24,000 nt of DNA, taken from contig RDOB01000008.1 of assembly GCA_011364965.1 (NCBI GenBank), positions 1-24,000 of the forward strand. Direction: 5' to 3'. The position numbers and the translations under genes were made by a program. The notes below the pieces were generated by a model that saw only the letters and a list, made by a program, of their open reading frames with translations, was not told the DNA's origin and made no database searches. The DNA is from Candidatus Heimdallarchaeota archaeon (GTDB lineage: Archaea > Asgardarchaeota > Heimdallarchaeia > Hodarchaeales > Hodarchaeaceae). The first letter of the stretch is position 1. Each line of letters opens with the position of its first letter. Below are positions 14,285 through 22,798 of the stretch, piece after piece.

Positions 14285-16219
14285 TTAATTTAATCGAATA
14301 GTCTCAAGATTTTTTGGTAAATCCACTTTTGCATGATACCTTTTTGTCAAAGCTTGAGCTAAAGATTGAGACTTGTTTCTTTGACCATGAATTAAGATGA
14401 TTCGTTCAGGTTTGGGACTTAGTTCTCTGAAAAAGTTCATTATTTCTCCCCGATCGCTGTGTCCGCTGAAACCATCTATTTGATGTATATCTAAATTTAC
14501 TCTGAGCATTTTCATCTTCCCATCCTCAATACTCCTTATTTCTTTTACACCAGAGGCAATACGTCTTCCCAATGTACCTTCAGCTTGATACGAAACGAAA
14601 ACAACTGCATTTTTTGGATCACTAGCCAAATCTTTGAAATATTCAACAGAATTTCCACCAGTTAGCATTCCTGATGTTGCCATTATAACTGCTGGTTCGC
14701 CAGAGACTATATCCCTTCGATCATTCTCTATCTTTTTAAAAATCTCGCACAAAAAAGGATTGGACCCTTCATTGAAGATTTGATCTTGTAAACGTTGGGA
14801 TAAATACTCAGGATGGCATGAATGAATTGCTGTAGCTTCCGCAATGAGATTATCAAGATAAACTGGAACCCTTCCTAATTGTTTTTTCTGATAATAATCT
14901 GCTAGTACCACTAAAAGTTCTTGAGCTCTCCCAACCGCTAAAGCAGGGATTAAAACCTTTCCTCCGCGCTTTGTAGTTCGATTTATTATCTTTATCAGCT
15001 GTAATTCAGCATCATCACGTCTAGGCATCGCATCACGAGGTCCACCATAGGTAGATTCCAATATTATAGCCTCAAGTCTAGGAAATCTGGTATTTGCACG
15101 ATCAAGTAAGCGAGACTTTCTCGCTTTGAAATCGTTTGCAATAGCTAAATTATATCGTCCCTCTCCTATATGTAGATGCATGATAGAAGAACCAAGTATA
15201 TGACCCGCTGGAGTCATAGTACATCGAATATCATTACTCAGATCTGTTACTTCCCAATATCGCCTTGGAATTGTATGCAATACCATCCGTCTTATGTCAC
15301 GTTGATTATATGGAACTAATTTATCTTCACGTGCAGACACCTCAATATAGTCCTTTTGCAAAAGTGTCATTAAAGACAAAGTAGCATCATTTGTATAAAC
15401 AGGGCCTCTATAACCCCACTTAAAGAGAAAAGGAAGCATACCACTGTGATCTAGGTGAGCATGAGTAATGAGAACTGCATCTATTTCATCAATATCAAAT
15501 TCAGAAGAATTGAAGTATGGAAACATATTTTCAGGATCTCTTGAAGCCACATTCATCCCACAATCGACTAGAATCTTGGTTTCCGCCGTTTCCAATAACA
15601 TGGATGATCTTCCAACCTCAGAAAACCCTCCTAATCCAGTTAATCGTACATATTCGTCTTCAATTACGGAGGGTCGATGAATCCTTTTACCAATGTTTAT
15701 TAAGGCATTCTTTCTTTTATCAGACTCGTTGGTTAATGTTTTTCGAATAGAATTAATCACTTGTGATTGAATGGGAGGTGATCTAACCACTCTCGGTTGC
15801 CAAGATATTTCACGTGCTATCTCTCGTAAGGTTGTCCCACTACGTCCTATTACAGCTCCAGGTTTTTTAGCTTCGATAATTACTTCCCCTAGTTCGTCAT
15901 CAAAAATCATATTGGTTATTTCTGCATTTTCAGGTACGATCTCAAGAACTCTTGCTTGAGCTTCATCTTTTGCTCTCCGAACTGAAACGTCAAATCGTAT
16001 AACTATTCTTTTTCTTAACGATTTAGCTAATCCTTTCACTATCTCCCCACTTTCCATTAACACAGAGGGATTTAAAGAATAAAGTACGACAAAAGGCCCT
16101 TCAAATACTACTTTAGATACTTGAGCGTCTGGTGGAAGCTCACTTATCAAATCTGCTTTAAGCTGTTCAAGAGCTAACTCAGGGCTATATTTCTTACCAT
16201 TATCGTAATTTTCACGCAA
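14285..16219 (-). CDS. aCPSF1-type RNase (two KH domains + metallo-beta-lactamase + beta-CASP; FttA/aCPSF1 orthologue)
   Basis: KH GxxG motif (GAVIGRSGTTLREI), MBL motif HAHLDHSG, and beta-CASP region through ...IHGQ. The ~640-aa length is typical. TTG start sits directly after an in-frame stop. Confidence 0.95.
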   Translation of the reverse strand: MRENYDNGKKYSPELALEQLKADLISELPPDAQVSKVVFEGPFVVLYSLNPSVLMESGEIVKGLAKSLRKRIVIRFDVSVRRAKDEAQARVLEIVPENAEITNMIFDDELGEVIIEAKKPGAVIGRSGTTLREIAREISWQPRVVRSPPIQSQVINSIRKTLTNESDKRKNALINIGKRIHRPSVIEDEYVRLTGLGGFSEVGRSSMLLETAETKILVDCGMNVASRDPENMFPYFNSSEFDIDEIDAVLITHAHLDHSGMLPFLFKWGYRGPVYTNDATLSLMTLLQKDYIEVSAREDKLVPYNQRDIRRMVLHTIPRRYWEVTDLSNDIRCTMTPAGHILGSSIMHLHIGEGRYNLAIANDFKARKSRLLDRANTRFPRLEAIILESTYGGPRDAMPRRDDAELQLIKIINRTTKRGGKVLIPALAVGRAQELLVVLADYYQKKQLGRVPVYLDNLIAEATAIHSCHPEYLSQRLQDQIFNEGSNPFLCEIFKKIENDRRDIVSGEPAVIMATSGMLTGGNSVEYFKDLASDPKNAVVFVSYQAEGTLGRRIASGVKEIRSIEDGKMKMLRVNLDIHQIDGFSGHSDRGEIMNFFRELSPKPERIILIHGQRNKSQSLAQALTKRYHAKVDLPKNLETIRLN

Positions 16220-16490
16220 TTTTTTTCACTTTTTATGCTATTTGAGATTTCAGATATGAGAGTTTAATATGTTTAGTTAATACTAATGTAGAAATTACTT
16301 AGTAGAGAAGTAATTGTGTTTTTTTAGAGTGTTTTAAGTATATTAATATCAGTTGTACAAAGCTAGATTAGTTTAATCAAAGTAAGTTAGTCGTTAATCA
16401 TTTTAATTATAAAATATATATTTTTCATTTTTATATAGACAATCATTTAACGGGAAATTAAATAATGGGGTTATTAGGAGTCATCTGATC

Positions 16491-16510
16491 TATCTTTATT
16501 AATAAAGATA
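16491..16510. repeat. perfect 20-bp palindrome TATCTTTATTAATAAAGATA in the aCPSF1/egsA divergent intergenic region
   Basis: Read directly: 16491-16500 tatctttatt is the exact reverse complement of 16501-16510 aataaagata. Function is unknown; it could be an operator or a TATA-rich element. Confidence 0.9.
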
Positions 16511-16687
16511 TTTTTGGAAGGTCATCAACAATCATACCAAGAAAGAGACTAGGTTAAGATAAGAGTTAGTTATCCGAAGATGAACAATTCCTTTCCAAAA
16601 TTTCTTCGATTGATTCTTTTGTACACAGTGTTTATAAGTTTTTTTTTGTTATTGCTAAATCGGGATTTAAGCAAGAGCTGTAAAAAA

Positions 16688-17782
16688 ATGCCAAGTTCAG
16701 AGATCCTTGATTCAATTGTTCCAAGATCAATTATTATTGGAAAAGGAATCTTAAATAAAATCCCCAAAATTATCAGAACCCAGAGATATACACAAAAAAG
16801 TTTGATTCTAACTGGTCCCAAAACACAGCATATTGTGGGCAATGAAATTCAGGAAATATTGAGTCAAGCAAATATAAAATCGGAGATTATTATAGTCAAA
16901 GACTCGAAACTAAGTACAGCAGATAAAATATTGGAACAAATTACTCAAATTGGGTCTAATCTAATAATTGCTGCAGGAGGGGGTAAAATTATTGATGTGG
17001 GCAAATATTGCTCTGCAAAGTCCTCAAGAAAACTTGAAGTCATTTCTGTTCCGACATCAGCACCTCATGATGGAATCGCATCACCTTTCATCTTTTTAAA
17101 TAATCCAACTGAAGTTTTTATTGGAGAATCCCGCCCTCCCATCGCTATTGCCGCAGATATTGAAAAAATCCTCCAGCATCCTGATTTAGTAAGAAATCTT
17201 GCTGCTGGAGTAGGAGATACGGTTGGAAAACTGACTTCAATCTGGGATTGGCAGTATGCTTGGCGTATCAAATCCGAAAAATATTCACGTTTTGTTGGTG
17301 GAGTTTTAGCAAACGCAGATACACTTTTTCAAAGTCAGTTTTCTGAAGCCCTTGCAGACCCAGAACGAGCAATTAAAGTGGTTTTAAAGGCTTTATTAAT
17401 AGCAGGAGTCCTTATGGGTACATCCAGTGATATAAGAGTGGGTTATGGTTCAGAACATATGTTTTCATCCGCTTTACATGCATTAACTCCAAATGCAAAC
17501 ATCCTACATGGAGAGAGAATCGCAATAGGATCCCTAATGATGGCACATTTACAAGGACAGGACTATAGAAAATTAAAGGACATACTTGGAAAAGCAGGTT
17601 GCCCCACATCAATAGAGGAGTTAGAAGATGATATTCCACCTGAGTCGATAATTAAAGCCCTTCAAACTGCGCATGAAGTCAACCCGATGTACACAATACT
17701 CGGAAAATCTGGATTAACAGAAATCGCTGCATGGAATCTGGCGATTAGCACTGGAATACTAGAATCTTATCACAAAACATGA
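16688..17782 (+). CDS. egsA: glycerol-1-phosphate dehydrogenase [NAD(P)+]
   Basis: AAGGGKIIDVGK nucleotide-binding glycines, ISVPTSAPHDGIASPFIF (G1PDH-type block) and HGERIAIGS. The start is set at ATG 16688 (MPSSEIL...), giving 364 aa. The track ORF from 16580 adds a T-rich, probably non-coding leader. Confidence 0.85.
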   Translation: MPSSEILDSIVPRSIIIGKGILNKIPKIIRTQRYTQKSLILTGPKTQHIVGNEIQEILSQANIKSEIIIVKDSKLSTADKILEQITQIGSNLIIAAGGGKIIDVGKYCSAKSSRKLEVISVPTSAPHDGIASPFIFLNNPTEVFIGESRPPIAIAADIEKILQHPDLVRNLAAGVGDTVGKLTSIWDWQYAWRIKSEKYSRFVGGVLANADTLFQSQFSEALADPERAIKVVLKALLIAGVLMGTSSDIRVGYGSEHMFSSALHALTPNANILHGERIAIGSLMMAHLQGQDYRKLKDILGKAGCPTSIEELEDDIPPESIIKALQTAHEVNPMYTILGKSGLTEIAAWNLAISTGILESYHKT

Positions 17783-17861
17783 CCAAATACCAAAGATGAA
17801 GTATGAAGAAAAAGAAATCTAAGGAAAAACGGAGAAAAGGAGACCCTTTGTCTAGTTCACC

Positions 17862-17872
17862 TTTTATATATA
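17862..17872 (+). promoter_or_regulatory. TATA-box-like element TTTTATATATA upstream of the 18005-20840 gene cluster
   Basis: This is the only strong TATA-like motif in the 17783-18004 spacer. It lies ~133 nt before the TTG start, which implies a long leader if it is used. Confidence 0.3.
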
Positions 17873-18004
17873 GAATCCTAAGTTCCCTTGAAACTCCGTT
17901 GAATATTTAAAAAAATGTGGATATACTTCCTCAATATGTGAAAGTGAACGTATTTCGATTGAATGAGTCCACTACTTAGGAAATTTTCCAAATAAGGTGA
18001 TTGT

Positions 18005-18742
18005 TTGGCTAGTAATTCTGAAACCCCAATTATAGGCATTATCGTTAGTAGTTTTTCCGATGCTGGCCCTATTGTAATTTTTAATTCCTCAAAACAAGAA
18101 ATTTCTGAGGATCAGGCCCTAAATCTCTCCATTCGTGTTATGACAGTTATTGGAGAGCAGAGTGCAAACGAACTTTATGGTCCTTTCCCTGTTCCATCAA
18201 ATGATGAACTTCAGTGTCTTACTTATGTTTTTCGTGTGAAATCAACCTTTACTACGGATCCACGACTTTCAGAGCGTCCAACAGTGATAACCATTATTTT
18301 TAAAAGAATATTAAAACGAGAAATTTCACGAGCTCATGGATTAATACTTTCCTATCTTTCACAAATAACCTTAGATTTTAAGAACGAAGATGATCTAACT
18401 TCAGAGAATATGATGGATATTCACAAACGTTTATCGGCCCTTATATCTACAAATCCAGTACGAGTTTATTCTGTTGAGAATGATAAAATTCAGGAGCATA
18501 CGGAAACCTTAGAAGTCCCTTTGGATGCTTTTGCCATTGTAGATCTTCAAAAGAGCATAGTCTATCTTATTTCCGGACCTTTCACTTCTCCAATTAGGAA
18601 GCGTCAAATTAACATATTAATTGATACTTTAAACGAAAAAACGTACCGTCGACGTTTGAGTAAAAGAGTAATCGATTCAGAAGCAGAAACATTACAATTA
18701 TTGAATTTCTATGGTCTTAAACGCAGACAACAACAGTTTTAG
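18005..18742 (+). CDS. hypothetical protein, possible longin-like N-terminal + roadblock-like C-terminal alpha/beta domains
   Basis: TTG start 4 nt after GGTGAT. There is no catalytic motif. The alternating strand/helix hydrophobic pattern (IIGIIVSS, PIVIFN, helix EDQALNLSIRVMTVI, QCLTYVFRV, TVITIIFKR, helix ISRAHGLILSYLSQI) fits a longin-type order. The fold call is inference only. Confidence 0.55.
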   Translation: MASNSETPIIGIIVSSFSDAGPIVIFNSSKQEISEDQALNLSIRVMTVIGEQSANELYGPFPVPSNDELQCLTYVFRVKSTFTTDPRLSERPTVITIIFKRILKREISRAHGLILSYLSQITLDFKNEDDLTSENMMDIHKRLSALISTNPVRVYSVENDKIQEHTETLEVPLDAFAIVDLQKSIVYLISGPFTSPIRKRQINILIDTLNEKTYRRRLSKRVIDSEAETLQLLNFYGLKRRQQQF

Positions 18743-18752
18743 AGGAAGTACA

Positions 18753-19136
18753 ATGCAACTCGAATCCTCATATGGCATAGAACTTGAAGCTTTTATCGAT
18801 CTCATTCGATTAGTAACAGGTGCAAGTCCTGATAGACCTTCGTCAATCTTCAAATGGGAAGAAGCTTCAAAGTACTATTATGGATCTTTTGCAATTTTTC
18901 CAGGGTATTATGAACTGAGAGCATTACCTGTACTATTTTTTTGGGTATCAGATACCCCATTGGAATCAGAAAGTCAATCACTGGTAAAATATGATCTTCA
19001 AGCCAAAAGCAATCAAATTACATTTCTGAGTTTTTTGGAGGAAAAAGATTTAGAGAATGTCCATACTGGGTTGATAAGGTTTATTCCCATCGTTAAATTA
19101 AAACATCCTCCGAAAATTTTCTCCAATTTGGGATAA
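18753..19136 (+). CDS. hypothetical small alpha/beta protein (127 aa)
   Basis: ATG 18753 is preferred (AGAGGAAG 5 nt upstream, just after the upstream stop at 18740-18742) over the track start at 18711. There is no recognisable motif. The protein ends ...IFSNLG. Confidence 0.5.
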   Translation: MQLESSYGIELEAFIDLIRLVTGASPDRPSSIFKWEEASKYYYGSFAIFPGYYELRALPVLFFWVSDTPLESESQSLVKYDLQAKSNQITFLSFLEEKDLENVHTGLIRFIPIVKLKHPPKIFSNLG

Positions 19137-19147
19137 GAGGTTTTTTA

Positions 19148-19936
19148 TTGTTGCAAGAAGGAAACCTTGTAAAAATAACTGAATTAAAAACCCATCAGGG
19201 TAAATTCTGGATCGTATCACTTAAAAAAGGAGAGAAATTATCCACTCATTTAGGGGAGATTTCCCATGATGATATACTTCTTGCTTCTTATGGGGATACA
19301 GTCAACCTTACAAAAGGAGAGGTTGCTTTACTTAATCCAAATCCAAGGGATTTCATTCGAAATTTTAACCTTAAAACACAAATATTATATGAAGATGATT
19401 GTGCCATTGCTTGCAGTTTAGCTGGATTAAAACCAGGAATGAGAATTGGGGAAGCTGGAACAGGTTCGGGAGCTTTAACAGCCTTTCTTGCATATCAGAT
19501 TCAACCTGATGGTCAAATCTATTCTTTTGATGTCAACTCCATCCACTCGAAAAATGCACAGAAAAATCTTTGTAAAATTGGATTAGAAAAAAATGTAGAA
19601 TTCATAATACATGATATACGATATCCATTTGAAATTTCGGATTTAGATGCATTTTTCCTAGATTTTTCAACCCCTTTTGAAGCTATAAATATTGTTGCTT
19701 CGATGTTGAAGGGAGGGGGAAACCTTATTTCTTTTGTTCCTAATTGGGGCCAAGTAGAAACAACAGTGGAAAAAATAAACCAGAATCAAGAGCTACATCT
19801 TTTAAATGTTTTTGAAATAACGCGACGTAATTTTGTTGTTAATCCGGAAAGACATATTATGCGCCCAGTTTTTCGAGATTTGGTTTATTCAGGAATTTTG
19901 ATACATGCTACAAAACTCAATAAAATGGAGAAGTAA
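19148..19936 (+). CDS. trmI: tRNA (adenine58-N1)-methyltransferase TrmI/Trm61 (Gcd14 family)
   Basis: N-terminal beta domain (GEISHDDILLASYGDTV), RDFIRNFNLKTQILYEDD, SAM motif IGEAGTGSGALTAFLA, FLDFSTPFEA, LKGGGNLISFVPNWGQV. TTG start with AGAGGT upstream. Confidence 0.85.
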   Translation: MLQEGNLVKITELKTHQGKFWIVSLKKGEKLSTHLGEISHDDILLASYGDTVNLTKGEVALLNPNPRDFIRNFNLKTQILYEDDCAIACSLAGLKPGMRIGEAGTGSGALTAFLAYQIQPDGQIYSFDVNSIHSKNAQKNLCKIGLEKNVEFIIHDIRYPFEISDLDAFFLDFSTPFEAINIVASMLKGGGNLISFVPNWGQVETTVEKINQNQELHLLNVFEITRRNFVVNPERHIMRPVFRDLVYSGILIHATKLNKMEK

Positions 19937-20840
19937 AGCAAACTTGATCACTCTTCCGAAGGAACTTTATAGAAAATTTTTACAATTTGCTTTGGAGAAC
20001 GCTAATCCCATGGATCCATCAAGTTGGAGGGAGTGCATTGCATTAGTACTTGGAAGAATATCAGGAGATCATGTCGATGTAACTGATATTGTTCCAATTG
20101 GAGCTGGTTCTTCGATCTACGTGGATATAACGAATTATGAGAGGGTTTTTTCATTAATTCCTTTCAATAGAATTGACCAAGGCGAAGTTATAGTTGGATG
20201 GGCACATACTCACCCAGGATTAGGATTGTTTTTATCTGGAACTGACATTAGAACGCAAAAAAGCTATCAACAAATGCATACTCTGGCTTTCGCTCTAGTT
20301 CTTGACCCTTCAAAAATCACATCAGCATTTCCAGGATTTAATATATATCGATTAGATGACCTAGCAAATCCTTACATTGCTGAATACGAATTTAATGAAG
20401 AATTCGATTATTATAAGACTCAAGAAGATCTTGTTTCGGATTTGTACGTCACTCCTGTTCCTCCCCTAGAACCCTTTGCCGTCTCAAACGCTGAAATCTC
20501 ATGGAAAAACATCAATTTATCGTTATCAGGAAAGGAAATCCTTACAAAAGGACAATTATTTTTTATTGAACTTTCAATAAGTTTACCTTTTCGACAATAT
20601 ATTAGAATAGAATATGAAATTGAATCTAATCAAAATACAATTAATCCATTTAATACGCAAATGATAGATTCTAAAGGACAAATTCATGAAACAATTGATT
20701 CAGGAAGATTATGTATTCATTCGTTTAGGGCGAAAGAAGCGGGGAAATCAGAAGTTAAGGTTAAACACATAAAAATGACGGATTACAAAGGTACTTGCAA
20801 AGAAATGCCAAATCTTCTTCTAATATCCCAAATAGATTGA
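19905..20840 (+). CDS. JAMM/MPN+ metalloprotease-domain protein with ~170-aa C-terminal beta-rich extension
   Basis: Upstream Glu in WRECIALVLGR and a complete JAMM motif HTHPGLGLFLSGTD (HxHx7Sx2D). The C-terminal half has no recognised motif. The ATG overlaps the trmI 3' end by 32 nt, and an alternative in-frame TTG lies at 19944. Confidence 0.85.
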   Translation: MLQNSIKWRSKANLITLPKELYRKFLQFALENANPMDPSSWRECIALVLGRISGDHVDVTDIVPIGAGSSIYVDITNYERVFSLIPFNRIDQGEVIVGWAHTHPGLGLFLSGTDIRTQKSYQQMHTLAFALVLDPSKITSAFPGFNIYRLDDLANPYIAEYEFNEEFDYYKTQEDLVSDLYVTPVPPLEPFAVSNAEISWKNINLSLSGKEILTKGQLFFIELSISLPFRQYIRIEYEIESNQNTINPFNTQMIDSKGQIHETIDSGRLCIHSFRAKEAGKSEVKVKHIKMTDYKGTCKEMPNLLLISQID

Positions 20841-20848
20841 AGCAATAC

Positions 20849-21577
20849 CTAGCTCTCTGGTTCGTGAAACTTAAATCTGCCATAGACTCCCAGAATCAAG
20901 ATAGCGATGAATGCGACCATTACTCCGTAAAAGATATACAAAATGATATAGGGGGGAGTCGCATAACTTCGAACGAGATTAAATGATATATTACGGGGGT
21001 AGAAACTAACTTCAGGTACTTCATTCCCATCATAAATATGATAGACAACTCTAAATACAAATTTATAGGTTCCATATTCTGGTAGGTAGAGAGGAAATGT
21101 AAATGATTCAGCTTTTGACGAATTTGGAAGAAGAATAGTCTCTTCTGGTTCTTGATATCGATAGAAAGTCCCACCTACAATTGTTTGGTTACCTTCTTCC
21201 CCTGATAATACTTGATAGACATCTACTGCAAATTCATGCACCACAATAGTATCTAGTCTACTAAAAAGAGTAGCATATGTTGTGTTGATCCGAATATCAG
21301 TTCCATTTAGAATTTGAGGAAGTGGATTTTGTTCTTCAAAATTCTCTGAAACTATGGTTTCCTCCACTAATTCCTCAAGTGATACAAATCTCCTATTATA
21401 CCAAGCTTCAATATTTAACTGCTGTATTTCTAGTAGTTTCAGATCATTCGTGATTTTAGTTTTTAGAGGGTTCTCTTTAACTAAGGATGCAACTGGTTCA
21501 TCATTTCCGATAAAAAATGCCAAAACTAATATGATAAGCACTATGTGTCCGATAATTCTTTTCACTCGATGTTCCAA
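20849..21577 (-). CDS. membrane-anchored protein (N-terminal TM/signal anchor, beta-rich ectodomain, C-terminal TM)
   Basis: N-terminal IIGHIVLIILVLAFFIG and C-terminal PPYIILYIFYGVMVAFIAILILGVYGRFK hydrophobic helices. N-x-S/T sequons are present (NGT, NTT, NQT, NSS, NIS). TTG start. Confidence 0.6.
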   Translation of the reverse strand: MEHRVKRIIGHIVLIILVLAFFIGNDEPVASLVKENPLKTKITNDLKLLEIQQLNIEAWYNRRFVSLEELVEETIVSENFEEQNPLPQILNGTDIRINTTYATLFSRLDTIVVHEFAVDVYQVLSGEEGNQTIVGGTFYRYQEPEETILLPNSSKAESFTFPLYLPEYGTYKFVFRVVYHIYDGNEVPEVSFYPRNISFNLVRSYATPPYIILYIFYGVMVAFIAILILGVYGRFKFHEPES

Positions 21578-21710
21578 CCTATTCAGTCTTTTAAAAAACC
21601 CTAATTGTATGAAAACAAACCGTTCAGGTCTTTTCTAATGTTATCTTTAACTTTTTTTAATCTTGAGATATGAACATAATTTTTCTGGGAATTGAAAATA
21701 AATAACTCCT

Positions 21711-22331
21711 TTAACTAGATTCAAAAAGGATTTTATGCAGCTCATTTCTAACCGATTCAGATCGTCGTTCTAAAATGGCCGAGATTGAATTATTAACCTC
21801 CAATTCTCCTTTCCTAAGAATAAAGCCACCAGAGGGTAATGAATCATTAGTCGAGTTCACTGAAATTAAAGTTGTCACACCTGTTTTTTTTGATACTATT
21901 TTTTCGATCCTCGCAATATCCAATAAATCAGAATCTTCACTTGCAATTTCAAGATTCAATTTACCACCCTCTAAAGTTATACTTGCTTGTTCTATTTGCT
22001 TTTGAATCGCCAGAGAATATTCTTTTGATTTACTTTCTCTCAATCGTTGAATGTTCTTTAAAGCTGAAGTTAAAACCTCTTGAATAATAGTTTCTTTGAA
22101 TTTGCTTAGTTCAATATTGTTTTTAATTTTTATTTTTGATAGTTCTCTTTGGATCAATTTTTCAGTTGATTTCAACCTCTTATCTGCAATCTTGTTTTTA
22201 TTTTGAGTAGCTTCTTCATCAGCTTGGTTTATAATCTTCTCAGCTTCGTTTCTAGCTGCCAAAATAATAGTTTTCGCTTTTTCCTCCGCTTCCTTAATGA
22301 TTTCCACTTCAAAATCATCAATTTCTGACAT
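21711..22331 (-). CDS. atpE: A/V-type ATP synthase subunit E
   Basis: Long N-terminal helix IIKEAEEKAKTIILAARNEAEKIINQADEEA... and a C-terminal globular block SGGFILRKGELEVNNSISAILERRSESVRNELHKILF, matching the subunit E pattern. Confidence 0.8.
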   Translation of the reverse strand: MSEIDDFEVEIIKEAEEKAKTIILAARNEAEKIINQADEEATQNKNKIADKRLKSTEKLIQRELSKIKIKNNIELSKFKETIIQEVLTSALKNIQRLRESKSKEYSLAIQKQIEQASITLEGGKLNLEIASEDSDLLDIARIEKIVSKKTGVTTLISVNSTNDSLPSGGFILRKGELEVNNSISAILERRSESVRNELHKILFESS

Positions 22332-22399
22332 AAAAATCCCTTAAAATATTCTAATTGAATAATTTTTCAAATTTCCAAGGTGATTCTAAACACTATTCC

Positions 22400-22798
22400 C
22401 TATTCCAATTTCATTATTGGATATTTAGTATCTAACAATTCTCCAACAATTGATCGAATTTGTTTCTGTGTTTCTTTAATCTCGCTTAAATCGAAGAATT
22501 TACTCATTTCCTTTTCAATTAGAAATTCTGGATCATTTTTACCATCTTCAGAGAGTATTAGGAATATTTCTTTCTCTATCACTCCTCGGGAGAATTTTCC
22601 TCTAATTAAATCAAAAATGATTTCATGAGCGAGCATAATTTCGAGCTGACGTGGAGAGATCCGATTCACGACAGCTTCTGTGAGAACTAAAACAGAAAAA
22701 TTCTCATTAACTCTATTTGAGGAATTCAATGTAAATATAGGAATAACTAAAGGATCAAATCTATTCTCTACGATGGTTTGAAATAGATAACCGTCCAC
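22400..22798 (-). CDS. hypothetical protein, probable 3' part of the same frameshifted gene
   Basis: GTG start at 22798. The same frame is open upstream to 22882 and encodes ESARGLFANIHSNLKEYSQIIAKKYRIN before the annotated start. Confidence 0.5.
   Translation of the reverse strand: MDGYLFQTIVENRFDPLVIPIFTLNSSNRVNENFSVLVLTEAVVNRISPRQLEIMLAHEIIFDLIRGKFSRGVIEKEIFLILSEDGKNDPEFLIEKEMSKFFDLSEIKETQKQIRSIVGELLDTKYPIMKLE

Noticed and set aside
15468-15959. Three short plus-strand ORFs (70, 77, 62 aa)
   Set aside because: All three are antisense within the aCPSF1 gene.
16580-16687. 36-codon N-terminal extension of egsA with a TM-like segment (LRLILLYTVFISFFLLLL)
   Set aside because: The region is a T-rich spacer, which by composition encodes Phe/Leu/Ile. 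No SD is present, and G1P dehydrogenases are soluble proteins of ~350 aa that start close to the MPSSEIL position. The extension cannot be fully excluded without orthologue alignment.
16570-16842. 90-aa minus-strand ORF
   Set aside because: It is antisense to the egsA 5' end and a T-rich leader. Its hydrophobic peptide is explained by AT-rich composition.
17065-17639. Minus-strand ORFs 17065-17271 and 17412-17639
   Set aside because: They are antisense within egsA.
20795-21638. ORFs 20795-20986 (+), 20920-21174 (-) and 21354-21638 (+)
   Set aside because: They overlap or run antisense to the JAMM 3' end and the 20849-21577 membrane-protein gene, or lie in an alternative frame of it. There is no independent support.
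21775-22087. Two plus-strand ORFs (76 and 71 aa)
   Set aside because: They are antisense within atpE.
22380-22628. 82-aa plus-strand ORF
   Set aside because: It is antisense to the 22400-22798 gene, and the peptide is Ser/Ile-rich and low-complexity.
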